Source: a virus. From it: a stretch of DNA of 64,000 nt. Below the pieces are notes generated by a model. That model saw only the letters and a list, made by a program, of their open reading frames with translations, made no database searches and was not told the origin of the DNA. The stretch spans positions 1 through 64,000 of the IMG/VR virus record IMGVR_UViG_3300014874_000001; one strand, written 5' to 3'. Below are positions 1 to 7,778 of this stretch, one piece after another. The position numbers and the translations under genes were made by a program. Within the stretch, counting starts at the first letter, position 1; every line of letters begins with the position of its first letter.

Positions 1-1659
1 CCGAGCCTCCTCATCGAAGTCGCGGAATTTGGCCCAGACCGAAGCTGACTCAAACTGTACCTCGATGGCCTCCTTCTTCATATCCATCTCTTTCATCGCC
101 TTCACTTTCTGGATAATCGAGGCTGGGAACACGTCGGTCCGTTCGAGGTTGGCTTTCGGCGCTGCGTCACCCGAGTCGAATAGGATGAACCGATTAAGCA
201 AACCCATCGCAAGGTCGGATACCGTCACCGAATCGATTAGCTGTGCGGGCTGTGCCGCCGCCATGAGCCCAAGCCAGGGCTTCTCCAGTGCGGGTATCTC
301 GGTCTTGCGGCCGGGAAATGCCGGGACGTGCGAGTTCGCCTTACCGTAGAGAGCGAGGAGCCACGTAATGATCTGGTAGTCGAACGATCCGGGGTTCTTC
401 GTGGCCTTAAGCCGTCTCGCGGCCTCGTCCCAGAGCCAGCAAGCCATGCCAGGCGGTTCACCGAGCTTATCGAGCAGGGCGTAGTACGATTGAAAACCCT
501 GGAAAACGGAGCCTTGCAGCTTCACTCGGCTCGCGAACTCGTACACGCTATTCAGGGAGGACTCCTTGCCTCCGGCCGTCGGTGCGAGTAGCATGAAGTA
601 AGGTTGAAGCGGAGTTGCCCAACCCTGTACGACGTACTTATTGCAGGAGGCCAGAGCCGTACACATCAGGCCGACGGAGATATCGAACGACGGCTGCAGG
701 AGGTAGGACCGCTTGCTCGCCCACTTCGCGATCTCGCCTACCATTCCGGGAACGTCGCGCAAAGCCGGATCCAGCTCGGGAATCGTAACCTGGATTTCAC
801 CGTTAAGCAGTTTCGGTGGCGTCTGGTAGGTCTTCGTCGGGGCGAGCCACTCACGTAGCTTCTTCACCGTATCGCCCTTGATCCACTGCGAGAGAGTACG
901 CCAGCCCGCGATTCGGTCTCCCTTCTTGAAGTGCTCGATCGTATTCTTGACCGTGAGTTTTCGATCCCCGGGCTCGTCGTCTGCCTGTCGAATACAAGCG
1001 AGGATTGCCGTCATAAACTCGGTCACGTCCTCCTCGTCCCAGCCGCTCCACATTAGAGCCCCGGTCAGTGAGTGGATAAAGTCGTGACGCCCGCCCGAGT
1101 CGGGGAAGTGTCTTAGGAGCACAGCCGCACCAGCTACTCGATCGACCAGCTTCTCTAGCTGACCTTTGGTAATCGGAGTGAAGGGCATGTCGGTATTGAT
1201 TTCGTAGCGCTCGCGATCGGGATGCATAGAAGGAGGAAGCACCGACTGTGATCCGGTCGAGCGAATCTCGATGATCTTCCCACCCTCTTTAGTCATACGC
1301 GAGAGGGACACCGCACCCTTACACTTGTACAAGTAGTGAGAGCCCGGCCGAGATAGCCGACCGTATACGAACGTTTCAGGTAGGTAGTGCTCGGCGAAGC
1401 GTGAGGCTTCGTCCCAGTCGAGGTCGATATCCACAATCCAGTTAGAGGGCTCGCCCCACAACCCACCGAGGTTGTAGCCCGGCTTAAAGAATCGCGCGAG
1501 GGTCTTGTTGGTCACTCGTAACGAGTTCCAACCCTCTCCACCCGACGGAATCTTCGTACCGGGCCTAAGCGGTACGGGTTGGATCCCCATCTCTAACCAG
1601 GAGCGAGCCGCTCCAACCGTATCAAGTTTCTTTTTTGGTTTAGTTCCGTTAGACTTCAA
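1..1659 (-). CDS. Primase-polymerase (Prim-Pol N-domain) fused to DUF3987/D5-like P-loop helicase; C-terminus lies beyond window edge
   Basis: Continuous open frame on the - strand from TTG 1659 (GGAGAG 5 nt upstream) to position 1. It is absent from the ORF track because no stop lies in the window. N-terminus MKSNGTKPKKKLDTVGAARSWLEMGIQPVPLRPGTKIP...NWIVDIDLD...SVLPPSMHP (prim-pol acidic and sxH motifs); later LLAPTAGGKES Walker-A-like loop. Confidence 0.8.
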   Translation of the reverse strand, partial: MKSNGTKPKKKLDTVGAARSWLEMGIQPVPLRPGTKIPSGGEGWNSLRVTNKTLARFFKPGYNLGGLWGEPSNWIVDIDLDWDEASRFAEHYLPETFVYGRLSRPGSHYLYKCKGAVSLSRMTKEGGKIIEIRSTGSQSVLPPSMHPDRERYEINTDMPFTPITKGQLEKLVDRVAGAAVLLRHFPDSGGRHDFIHSLTGALMWSGWDEEDVTEFMTAILACIRQADDEPGDRKLTVKNTIEHFKKGDRIAGWRTLSQWIKGDTVKKLREWLAPTKTYQTPPKLLNGEIQVTIPELDPALRDVPGMVGEIAKWASKRSYLLQPSFDISVGLMCTALASCNKYVVQGWATPLQPYFMLLAPTAGGKESSLNSVYEFASRVKLQGSVFQGFQSYYALLDKLGEPPGMACWLWDEAARRLKATKNPGSFDYQIITWLLALYGKANSHVPAFPGRKTEIPALEKPWLGLMAAAQPAQLIDSVTVSDLAMGLLNRFILFDSGDAAPKANLERTDVFPASIIQKVKAMKEMDMKKEAIEVQFESASVWAKFRDFDEEAR

Positions 1660-1697
1660 TTCGTCTCTCCGCAGAAGGTTTTGTCGGTATCAGTTAT

Positions 1698-1734
1698 AGA
1701 GACGGTTTGGTTCCCCCAGCCGTCTCTCTTTTTT
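1698..1734 (+). terminator. Terminator-like hairpin in the divergent intergenic region
   Basis: agagacgg (1698-1705) pairs with ccgtctct (1720-1727), 14-nt loop, followed by cttttttg. The T-run is on the + strand only. Confidence 0.4.
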
Positions 1735-1834
1735 GGAAGGGCAGAACATTTCGCACCCTTCATCTTCCCAAGCTCCGCAGCGAAGGCGTATCTTAACCCT
1801 CGCTTAGAACCAAAAAAACTTGCGGAGACACGAA

Positions 1835-2371
1835 ATGCCCCTAGTTATACTGGAAGGAGCCGATGGCTCCGGGAAGAGTACTCTTGCCACTCGACTCCTA
1901 AAGGGTACCGGACACCCTACCATACTCATAAAGAGATCGGGACCGCCCGGCAACGTCGAGACGCTGGTCTTCCAATCGGAGTGGATCGCACAGCAGTCCC
2001 GGCTCGGTCTAAACGTCATCGCCGATCGCCATCCGATTATATCCGAAGCGATCTATGCTCCGGTAGTTCGGAAGGTACCTGGACCGCACTGGGGTCCTGA
2101 GGACGCCTACAAGGCTCTCAAGCATCAGAGAGTTATGCTCGTCTACTGCCGGACCGACGACGTAACCCAGAGGGGGTCGTCCCACGTCGAGGACCAGATG
2201 GAGGGGGTACACGAGTACTACCAGGACCTCGTCAAGGAGTACGACCGCTGGATGGACTATATCCAGGATAAGGGAGTTCTCTTCTACCAATACAACTATT
2301 GGAACGATCCCAAGGCAGAGAACGTCACGGGGGTCATTCGTAACTTCTGGGAGGGAAAATGGACCGTCTAG
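1835..2371 (+). CDS. dNMP (thymidylate-type) kinase
   Basis: ATG 1835 with GGAGA at 1824-1828. MPLVILEGADGSGKSTLATRLL is a Tmk-type P-loop. The TTG 1820 extension was not used. Confidence 0.75.
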   Translation: MPLVILEGADGSGKSTLATRLLKGTGHPTILIKRSGPPGNVETLVFQSEWIAQQSRLGLNVIADRHPIISEAIYAPVVRKVPGPHWGPEDAYKALKHQRVMLVYCRTDDVTQRGSSHVEDQMEGVHEYYQDLVKEYDRWMDYIQDKGVLFYQYNYWNDPKAENVTGVIRNFWEGKWTV

Positions 2372-2955
2372 AGTCAATCTTCGAACACAAACTCATGTCC
2401 TCGGCAAACTTCCGCGCCGTCCAGCGGAAGCACGGCCTCATCCTCTGTCCTGAGAATCTATCCGCCGACTGGAAGACTCGCGAAGGAGCCATGGAACTGC
2501 ACAAGGGAATCCACTGGATCGGCCTGGAACTAGCCGAGTTTCTCAGCGCTCTACCATCCGAGCAGGAAGAGGAGCTAGCCGACGTGCTTCACTTTCTCGT
2601 AGAGTTCTGTATCCTCTGCGGATACGATCACACGGTGATCGACGGCTACGAGGACCGGCTCGATATCGTCTTCAACTCTTCAATCAACGACCCTCTGGTC
2701 TTCGCCGACTGCGATACGAACGCCCGGTTCACGATCGTCTCCGCGCTCTACGTCGCCGACATGATCAAGAACAAACCCTGGAAGCAGACGCTCAAGACCG
2801 AACGTGACGAGGACGACTTCAAGGCGCGGGTCCGCGGCCTCTGGTACTGGTACGGAGCGACTTGTCGGACCTTCGGCATGACCCCGCAGAGCCTCTTCGA
2901 CCAGTTCGTCCGGAAAGAAGAAATCAACTACAACCGAGTAGCGACTGGAGTATGA
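2359..2955 (+). CDS. All-alpha NTP pyrophosphohydrolase (dimeric dUTPase/dCTPase / MazG-like)
   Basis: Acidic helix EEELADVLHFLVEF and a KPWK motif, about 200 aa. GGGAGGG lies upstream of ATG 2359. Confidence 0.6.
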   Translation: MDRLESIFEHKLMSSANFRAVQRKHGLILCPENLSADWKTREGAMELHKGIHWIGLELAEFLSALPSEQEEELADVLHFLVEFCILCGYDHTVIDGYEDRLDIVFNSSINDPLVFADCDTNARFTIVSALYVADMIKNKPWKQTLKTERDEDDFKARVRGLWYWYGATCRTFGMTPQSLFDQFVRKEEINYNRVATGV

Positions 2956-3128
2956 CTCCTGAGAGAAGGGCCAAGCGGAAGGCCGCCGTGGAGAGGTCCG
3001 CCGAAGACAAGCGCATGCTGGACGAAATCGAAGACCTCCTGGAAGAGCGACATTATATCGTCAAGCCAAACGACACGAGATATCTCGAACAGATCATCGC
3101 GATCTTGAACTGGAAACCGACCGAGTAG
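2952..3128 (+). CDS. Hypothetical small protein (58 aa)
   Basis: ATG 2952 overlaps the upstream stop (ATGA), with GGAG 3 nt upstream. In frame with track ORF 2862..3128. Confidence 0.55.
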   Translation: MTPERRAKRKAAVERSAEDKRMLDEIEDLLEERHYIVKPNDTRYLEQIIAILNWKPTE

Positions 3129-3144
3129 TACCGGAGTATGAGTA

Positions 3145-3942
3145 ATGCTGACCCGCCTGATCCGCCACCTAATCCGACTCGAACCCGCATACCGAGGGGG
3201 ACTCTACAAGTTATTCAACGGTCTGACGTGGGAAGAGAAAAGGCTCCCGTCGTTGACCTACGACGACATCGGTTACAAAAACAACAAGGACGGACAGCTC
3301 CGAAAGAACTACATCAACGAGGAGGAGCTGGACCGCGTAGACAGCATCCTGAAGAAGCGTTCTGGAGGGCGTGGACATCACAATACCTCAGTTGCATTGG
3401 CCTTCCGAGGCGAGAAGAAGGCAAGCAAGTCCCAGGGGTGGTGCTTACTTTCGCTCGTCGTAAGCCGGATGAAGAGCCCGGCCCGCGAGATCGTTGAGAT
3501 TCACTACCGCTCGACCGAGGCACTCTTCAAGTTCCACGCCGACCTCGTACTTATGCAGTGGGTCTTCAACCGGCTCTCGCTCGATCCGGACGCCGTGAAG
3601 TTCCGGTTCGCGAATATCCATCTCTCCGGCGTATACCTCCCCGTCCTCTTTCAGTACTGGGACCAGGAGGACTTCATTGACTTCGTCGACAAGAACGACC
3701 GCGACTTTCTCAAGCGAGGACTCCGCTGGTTCCTGCGATCCTGCTATACGAAGGACCAATGGTTTCCCTTCTCGCCCGAGAACGTCATGCATAAGCTTAA
3801 CTGGGAACGGGGCGATCCCAGGACGGCCGTGAAAATACTTGACCCGTTGTTCCGGAAATACGGCTATGATTTGCCGAAGTTACACCACCAAAAAGACTCG
3901 TACGTAACCAGACGCAAGAAAAGCGTCGAGGAGGAAGAATGA
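3145..3942 (+). CDS. Highly divergent thymidylate-synthase-fold protein, function unknown
   Basis: ELDRVDSILKKRSGGRGHHNTSVALAF...QGWCLLSLVV...VEIHYRSTEALFKFHADLVLMQW mirrors the TS core layout (DQ..SRR..W / PCH..QF / RS.D / (N/D)). Cys is retained, with Asp at +33 after a 2-residue insertion. Confidence 0.5.
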   Translation: MLTRLIRHLIRLEPAYRGGLYKLFNGLTWEEKRLPSLTYDDIGYKNNKDGQLRKNYINEEELDRVDSILKKRSGGRGHHNTSVALAFRGEKKASKSQGWCLLSLVVSRMKSPAREIVEIHYRSTEALFKFHADLVLMQWVFNRLSLDPDAVKFRFANIHLSGVYLPVLFQYWDQEDFIDFVDKNDRDFLKRGLRWFLRSCYTKDQWFPFSPENVMHKLNWERGDPRTAVKILDPLFRKYGYDLPKLHHQKDSYVTRRKKSVEEEE

Positions 3943-4298
3943 AGCTCTGCCTAATAGGTTCTACCAAGTTCATGGAACTCTACGTCAAGGCGAACCGCGA
4001 TCTCACTCTTCGAGGACACATCGTCTATACCGTAGCAACCATCTCTACCAAGTCCGCGCTCGCCGATACGGAATCCACGCCGATCACTACCGAGCAGAAG
4101 GATGTCTTGGATCTAGTTCACCTCCGGAAGATCCAGGAGTCGGACGCCTGTGTTCTCGTGACGGACGACACCGGCTACTTCGGCTACTCGACTAACCGTG
4201 AGCTCATCTGGGCACAGATGAACAAGAAACCGATCTACACGATCCACAACATGGACCTCGCTGGGGAGATTGTCGACCCGAAGGAGCTGGCACTATGA
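3939..4298 (+). CDS. Nucleoside 2-deoxyribosyltransferase-like / DUF4406-like protein
   Basis: 119 aa. MKLCLIGS...HLRKIQESDACVLVTDDTGYFGYSTNRELIWAQMNKKPIY fits the NDT/Rcl-like pattern (..sD.vv....G..g.s.G...E...A...gKpi.). ATGA overlap with the upstream gene. Confidence 0.5.
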   Translation: MKLCLIGSTKFMELYVKANRDLTLRGHIVYTVATISTKSALADTESTPITTEQKDVLDLVHLRKIQESDACVLVTDDTGYFGYSTNRELIWAQMNKKPIYTIHNMDLAGEIVDPKELAL

Positions 4299-5278
4299 GA
4301 CCTCTTTGCATATACCACGGGAACTGCGCGGACGGATTCGGAGCGGCTTGGGTTGTCTGGAGATACTACGGTGGTCTAGTAGATCTCTTCCCTGGAGTCT
4401 ATCAGAAGGACCCGCCCGACGTATCGGACCGCCACGTGATCATGGTTGATTTCAGCTACAAGCGCGAGGTCATGCTGGAGATGGCCGAGATGGCAAGAAC
4501 GGTTTTGGTTTTAGACCACCACAAAACAGCTAGAGAAGATCTAAAGCCGGATGGGGGATTGGGAATCCTCGCTGTGGAGCGCGAACGTACCGGACAGCAG
4601 TGGCAGCGCTTCTGCGATAAGGATTGGGACCCCGATCAACGAGGGGTCTTTGTTCTATTCGACATGGATCGATCGGGTGCAGGTATCGCCTGGGACTTCT
4701 TCAACCCCGACGAGAAGCGGCCGACGCTCCTAAATCACATCGAGGATCGAGACCTCTGGAGGTTTAAGCTCAAAGGAACTCGAGAAATCCAGGCCACTCT
4801 CTTCTCGTATCCATACGACATGGAACTCTGGGATCGTCTTATCAATGACGTGAACATGTTCGGGACCGAGGAGATGGTCACCGAAGGTACGGCGATCGAG
4901 CGGAAACATCACAAGGACCTCGATGAGCTTCTCCGTATCTGCACTCGGCCGATGCGATTCAAGATTCCCAACATCATGAACACTCTCGTCGTTCCGGCCG
5001 CGAACCTGCCTTATACGATGGTCTCGGACGCGGGGAACATGCTCTGTCGCCGAACGCTCGACGGACAGCCGACCGATCCAGCGGCCGGTCTGAGTCCCGT
5101 GAAGCATCCGTTCGCCGCCTGCTACTACGACGGCAAGGACGGTAGGAACTTCAGCTTACGGTCCGAGGATGAGGGCGCGGACGTGTCGGCGATCGCGAAA
5201 CTGTATGGCGGAGGCGGACATGCCCACGCGGCCGGTTTCCGCGTGCCGTATGCTCAGCTCGCTCAGTTCGAGCCATGA
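4295..5278 (+). CDS. DHH/DHHA1 family phosphoesterase (NrnB/RecJ-like)
   Basis: IYHGNCADGFGAA (motif I), LVLDHHKT (DHH), DRSGAG, C-terminal GGGGHAHAAGF (DHHA1 GGGH). ATGA overlap. Confidence 0.8.
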   Translation: MRPLCIYHGNCADGFGAAWVVWRYYGGLVDLFPGVYQKDPPDVSDRHVIMVDFSYKREVMLEMAEMARTVLVLDHHKTAREDLKPDGGLGILAVERERTGQQWQRFCDKDWDPDQRGVFVLFDMDRSGAGIAWDFFNPDEKRPTLLNHIEDRDLWRFKLKGTREIQATLFSYPYDMELWDRLINDVNMFGTEEMVTEGTAIERKHHKDLDELLRICTRPMRFKIPNIMNTLVVPAANLPYTMVSDAGNMLCRRTLDGQPTDPAAGLSPVKHPFAACYYDGKDGRNFSLRSEDEGADVSAIAKLYGGGGHAHAAGFRVPYAQLAQFEP

Positions 5279-5457
5279 ATCGCGTAGACATCCTCGCACA
5301 GATTCGACGCTTTCGACTCCGCGCGGAGTCTGTGGCAAGTACAAAGATCAAGATTGAGGGAGTCGGAGTCATGACCGAGGCGGAAGCTATCGCGTGGATC
5401 GAGAGACAGTCTGAAATTCAGTGTCCTACTTGCGGACATCCTTGGGAGAAAGCATGA
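5275..5457 (+). CDS. Hypothetical small protein with CPTCGH motif
   Basis: Track ORF. ATGA overlaps at both ends. Confidence 0.5.
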   Translation: MNRVDILAQIRRFRLRAESVASTKIKIEGVGVMTEAEAIAWIERQSEIQCPTCGHPWEKA

Positions 5458-5849
5458 GGATCGCGATCACCGGCGTACCTCGCGGGGGCAAGACTTATAC
5501 GGCGAAGCTCCTCAGCGCCGTCCTCGGAATCCCCATGAACCATACGGACGACGTAATGCACCTGGAGTGGAGCGAGGGCAGCCGCGTCGTCAGCGAGTGG
5601 TTCGACCGCAACGATCCGTGGATCATCGAAGGCGTCGTCGTGCCTCGTGCGCTTCGGAAATGGAAAGCCCGACTCGAAGCCGAGAATGCCGACGAGTCAC
5701 GTCTCAGTACGCCGCCCTTCGATAAGATCATCGTCGTTCGCTACCCGCGAGACACGCTCAACTCCGGACAGAAGATCATGGGTAAGCAGGTTCTCGGTCT
5801 CATCGATACTTACAGAGACTGGATAGGAGAGAGGTGGATAGAGATATGA
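5454..5849 (+). CDS. Small P-loop kinase/NTPase (131 aa)
   Basis: ATG 5454 (GGGAGA upstream, ATGA overlap). MRIAITGVPRGGKTYTAKLL is a Walker A resembling the N-termini of phage dNMP kinases. Confidence 0.6.
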   Translation: MRIAITGVPRGGKTYTAKLLSAVLGIPMNHTDDVMHLEWSEGSRVVSEWFDRNDPWIIEGVVVPRALRKWKARLEAENADESRLSTPPFDKIIVVRYPRDTLNSGQKIMGKQVLGLIDTYRDWIGERWIEI

Positions 5850-6211
5850 TAATGCTAAACTTCCCGTTGGAGGCACTACAGACAATCGCGGCGGACAAGC
5901 TTCCACGCGTGCGAGTCGCGTTCCCTCAGGGGTCACAGATTCTGCATCTAGGCTCGGGTGGCCCGGAGTTCCCGGTGTGTCTCTCGGTCCTCGCGCCGAT
6001 CCGGCCGAAGAACGCCGATGGCACGATCAAGGAACTACAACCTCACGAGATTGCCGTGATGGAGTTTGCGGTCGTCACGCCGGGCGACGTGGTACCCGAA
6101 GGCTACATCTTCCGCGCTCCGGTTCGGACTCCCCAGGGATTGATCTTCCTGTTCGAGAAGAAGATGACGGGGCCGTCGATCCTCGTTCCACCGGGAGTAG
6201 GACGGGCATGA
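5846..6211 (+). CDS. Hypothetical protein (121 aa)
   Basis: ATG 5846 after GGAGAGAGG, with ATGA overlap to the upstream stop. Confidence 0.55.
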   Translation: MIMLNFPLEALQTIAADKLPRVRVAFPQGSQILHLGSGGPEFPVCLSVLAPIRPKNADGTIKELQPHEIAVMEFAVVTPGDVVPEGYIFRAPVRTPQGLIFLFEKKMTGPSILVPPGVGRA

Positions 6212-7038
6212 GAACCTACGGCAGCTTCGCTACGGCAATTGCGTCGGTTAGTAACCAGATGCGGGACGCTTCGTTCGAGGTCAATGGACTTAAGTGGCAG
6301 TCGATCGACGTATCGACGAAACCTGAGATGAAGATGCGAGAGTGTCTGAACGTCTCGTTCCAGGTCAACACACAGGGGATCGACGCCTGGTCGCACTACC
6401 ATAACGATATCAAGCCGAATTGGCCGTGGGCCGAAGATCATTTCCAGGAGCGAGTCGCGGGCGAGCCTCTGAACCCCGGAGAGCAATGGAAGAACTGGCC
6501 TTGGGCTCTATCGGCCGATAAGTTCCGGACCGAAGGCGAGAAGTTCAGCCATACCTACATGGAACGGTACTGGCCAAAGCTCGCGGGCGACGACGAGCAC
6601 TCGACCAAGGGATTCCTGCGAGGTATTCGATACCCTTACGGAGACCTCAATGATGTCGTCAATCATCTCCTGGGAGATCCACTTACCCGACAAGCGTATC
6701 TCCCTGTCTGGTTCCCGGAGGACACCGGCGTGGTCCATGGCGAGCGCGTTCCGTGTAGCCTGGGCTACCACTGGATTCTCCGTAACGGATATCTCCACAC
6801 CACGTATTACATCCGATCGTGCGACTTCTTCCGACACTTCCGCGACGACCTATACCTATCAATCAGGCTCTCGATCTGGCTCCTCCGACAGCTTCAAGAG
6901 ACAGAACAGGAGTCGGATCACCGTCGCTGGAACGACGTGAAACTCGGCTTCTTCACGTTTCATTGCGTCTCTCTCCATATGTTCATAAATGACTGGAACA
7001 GACTCTATGGCAAAGCGAGTCCTCAAGATTCCCGATGA
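6208..7038 (+). CDS. Thymidylate-synthase-family pyrimidine C5-transferase, dCMP-hydroxymethylase-like (Asp at specificity position)
   Basis: ATG 6208 (ATGA overlap). RQAYLPVWFPED...VPCSLGYHWILRNGYLHTTYYIRSCDFFRHFRDDLYL. Counting from the Cys: R+9, RS+20/21, D+23, FR+28/29, D+31. The track N-terminal extension 5977-6207 was rejected. Confidence 0.75.
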   Translation: MRTYGSFATAIASVSNQMRDASFEVNGLKWQSIDVSTKPEMKMRECLNVSFQVNTQGIDAWSHYHNDIKPNWPWAEDHFQERVAGEPLNPGEQWKNWPWALSADKFRTEGEKFSHTYMERYWPKLAGDDEHSTKGFLRGIRYPYGDLNDVVNHLLGDPLTRQAYLPVWFPEDTGVVHGERVPCSLGYHWILRNGYLHTTYYIRSCDFFRHFRDDLYLSIRLSIWLLRQLQETEQESDHRRWNDVKLGFFTFHCVSLHMFINDWNRLYGKASPQDSR

Positions 7039-7366
7039 CCTCACGTTCCAGCGAATCTACGACCGTGAGCGTAGCGGTCTGCGGTGCGTCGAGTACCAGT
7101 GCGAACGCTATCCGGACCTACGAATCCGGTCGCAGGGTCCGCCCGCCAACTGGTGGGACTGGACGGCCTACTACGTCGTGGATTCCGCGAACAACGTCGA
7201 GGGGTTCAGTAGTCTTCGCCGAGCTTACACGTTTCTGATGTCGAGACCGAGGAGAGTCGTACGTGACAAGAATATCCCGAGACGAGATGCTGATGGACAT
7301 CGCGTGGGTCGTAAGGCTGAGAAGTACGTGCCTCAGGCGTCAGGTCGGGGCCGTCCTTGCCGTTGA
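6989..7366 (+). CDS. Hypothetical protein; the 3' part overlaps the dCMP deaminase start
   Basis: Track ORF. Alternative start ATG 7007 (MAKRVLKIPDD...). The last ~35 codons are Arg-rich and overprint the next gene. Confidence 0.4.
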   Translation: MTGTDSMAKRVLKIPDDLTFQRIYDRERSGLRCVEYQCERYPDLRIRSQGPPANWWDWTAYYVVDSANNVEGFSSLRRAYTFLMSRPRRVVRDKNIPRRDADGHRVGRKAEKYVPQASGRGRPCR

Positions 7367-7778
7367 CGGTCGGGTCCTATCCTCAGGGTACAACGGAGCA
7401 CCCTCAGGCTTACCGCACTGTAATCCTACTACCTGTTCGGCGGATCGGCCCTGCGTCGATACCGTTCACGGAGAAGCCAATGCAATCGCTTTTGCCGCCC
7501 GCTACGGAATCCGAGTCGAAGGAGCCACCCTCTACACAACTGCCAGTCCCTGTAGGGCCTGTGCAATCCTTGCCATCAACGCCGGAATCGTCCGAGTTGT
7601 CTACGATACAGAGTACCGGGACACCAGTCCCATTGCGCTACTCAAACAAGCCGGAGTACGAATCGAACGATGGTCCCTTAATCATTCCCCTCCCGAGGTG
7701 TCGACTCTGCCAACGTCCAGTAGAATCTATCCGAGTGGAACCGGACGTGGGGAAGGGGATGCTGAAGGTAACGGCTAG
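7263..7778 (+). CDS. dCMP deaminase (ComEB/cd type)
   Basis: RISRDEMLMDIAWVVRLRSTC, VHGEANAI (HxE) and SPCRACA (PCxxC) zinc motifs. GTG start follows GAGGAG. Confidence 0.85.
   Translation: MTRISRDEMLMDIAWVVRLRSTCLRRQVGAVLAVDGRVLSSGYNGAPSGLPHCNPTTCSADRPCVDTVHGEANAIAFAARYGIRVEGATLYTTASPCRACAILAINAGIVRVVYDTEYRDTSPIALLKQAGVRIERWSLNHSPPEVSTLPTSSRIYPSGTGRGEGDAEGNG

Noticed and set aside
5977-6207. N-terminal 77-aa extension of the TS-family ORF as given in the track (start 5977).
   Set aside because: The extension is Arg/Gly/Pro-rich and overlaps the well-formed gene 5846..6211. ATG 6208 forms an ATGA junction, and the TS-like sequence starts there.
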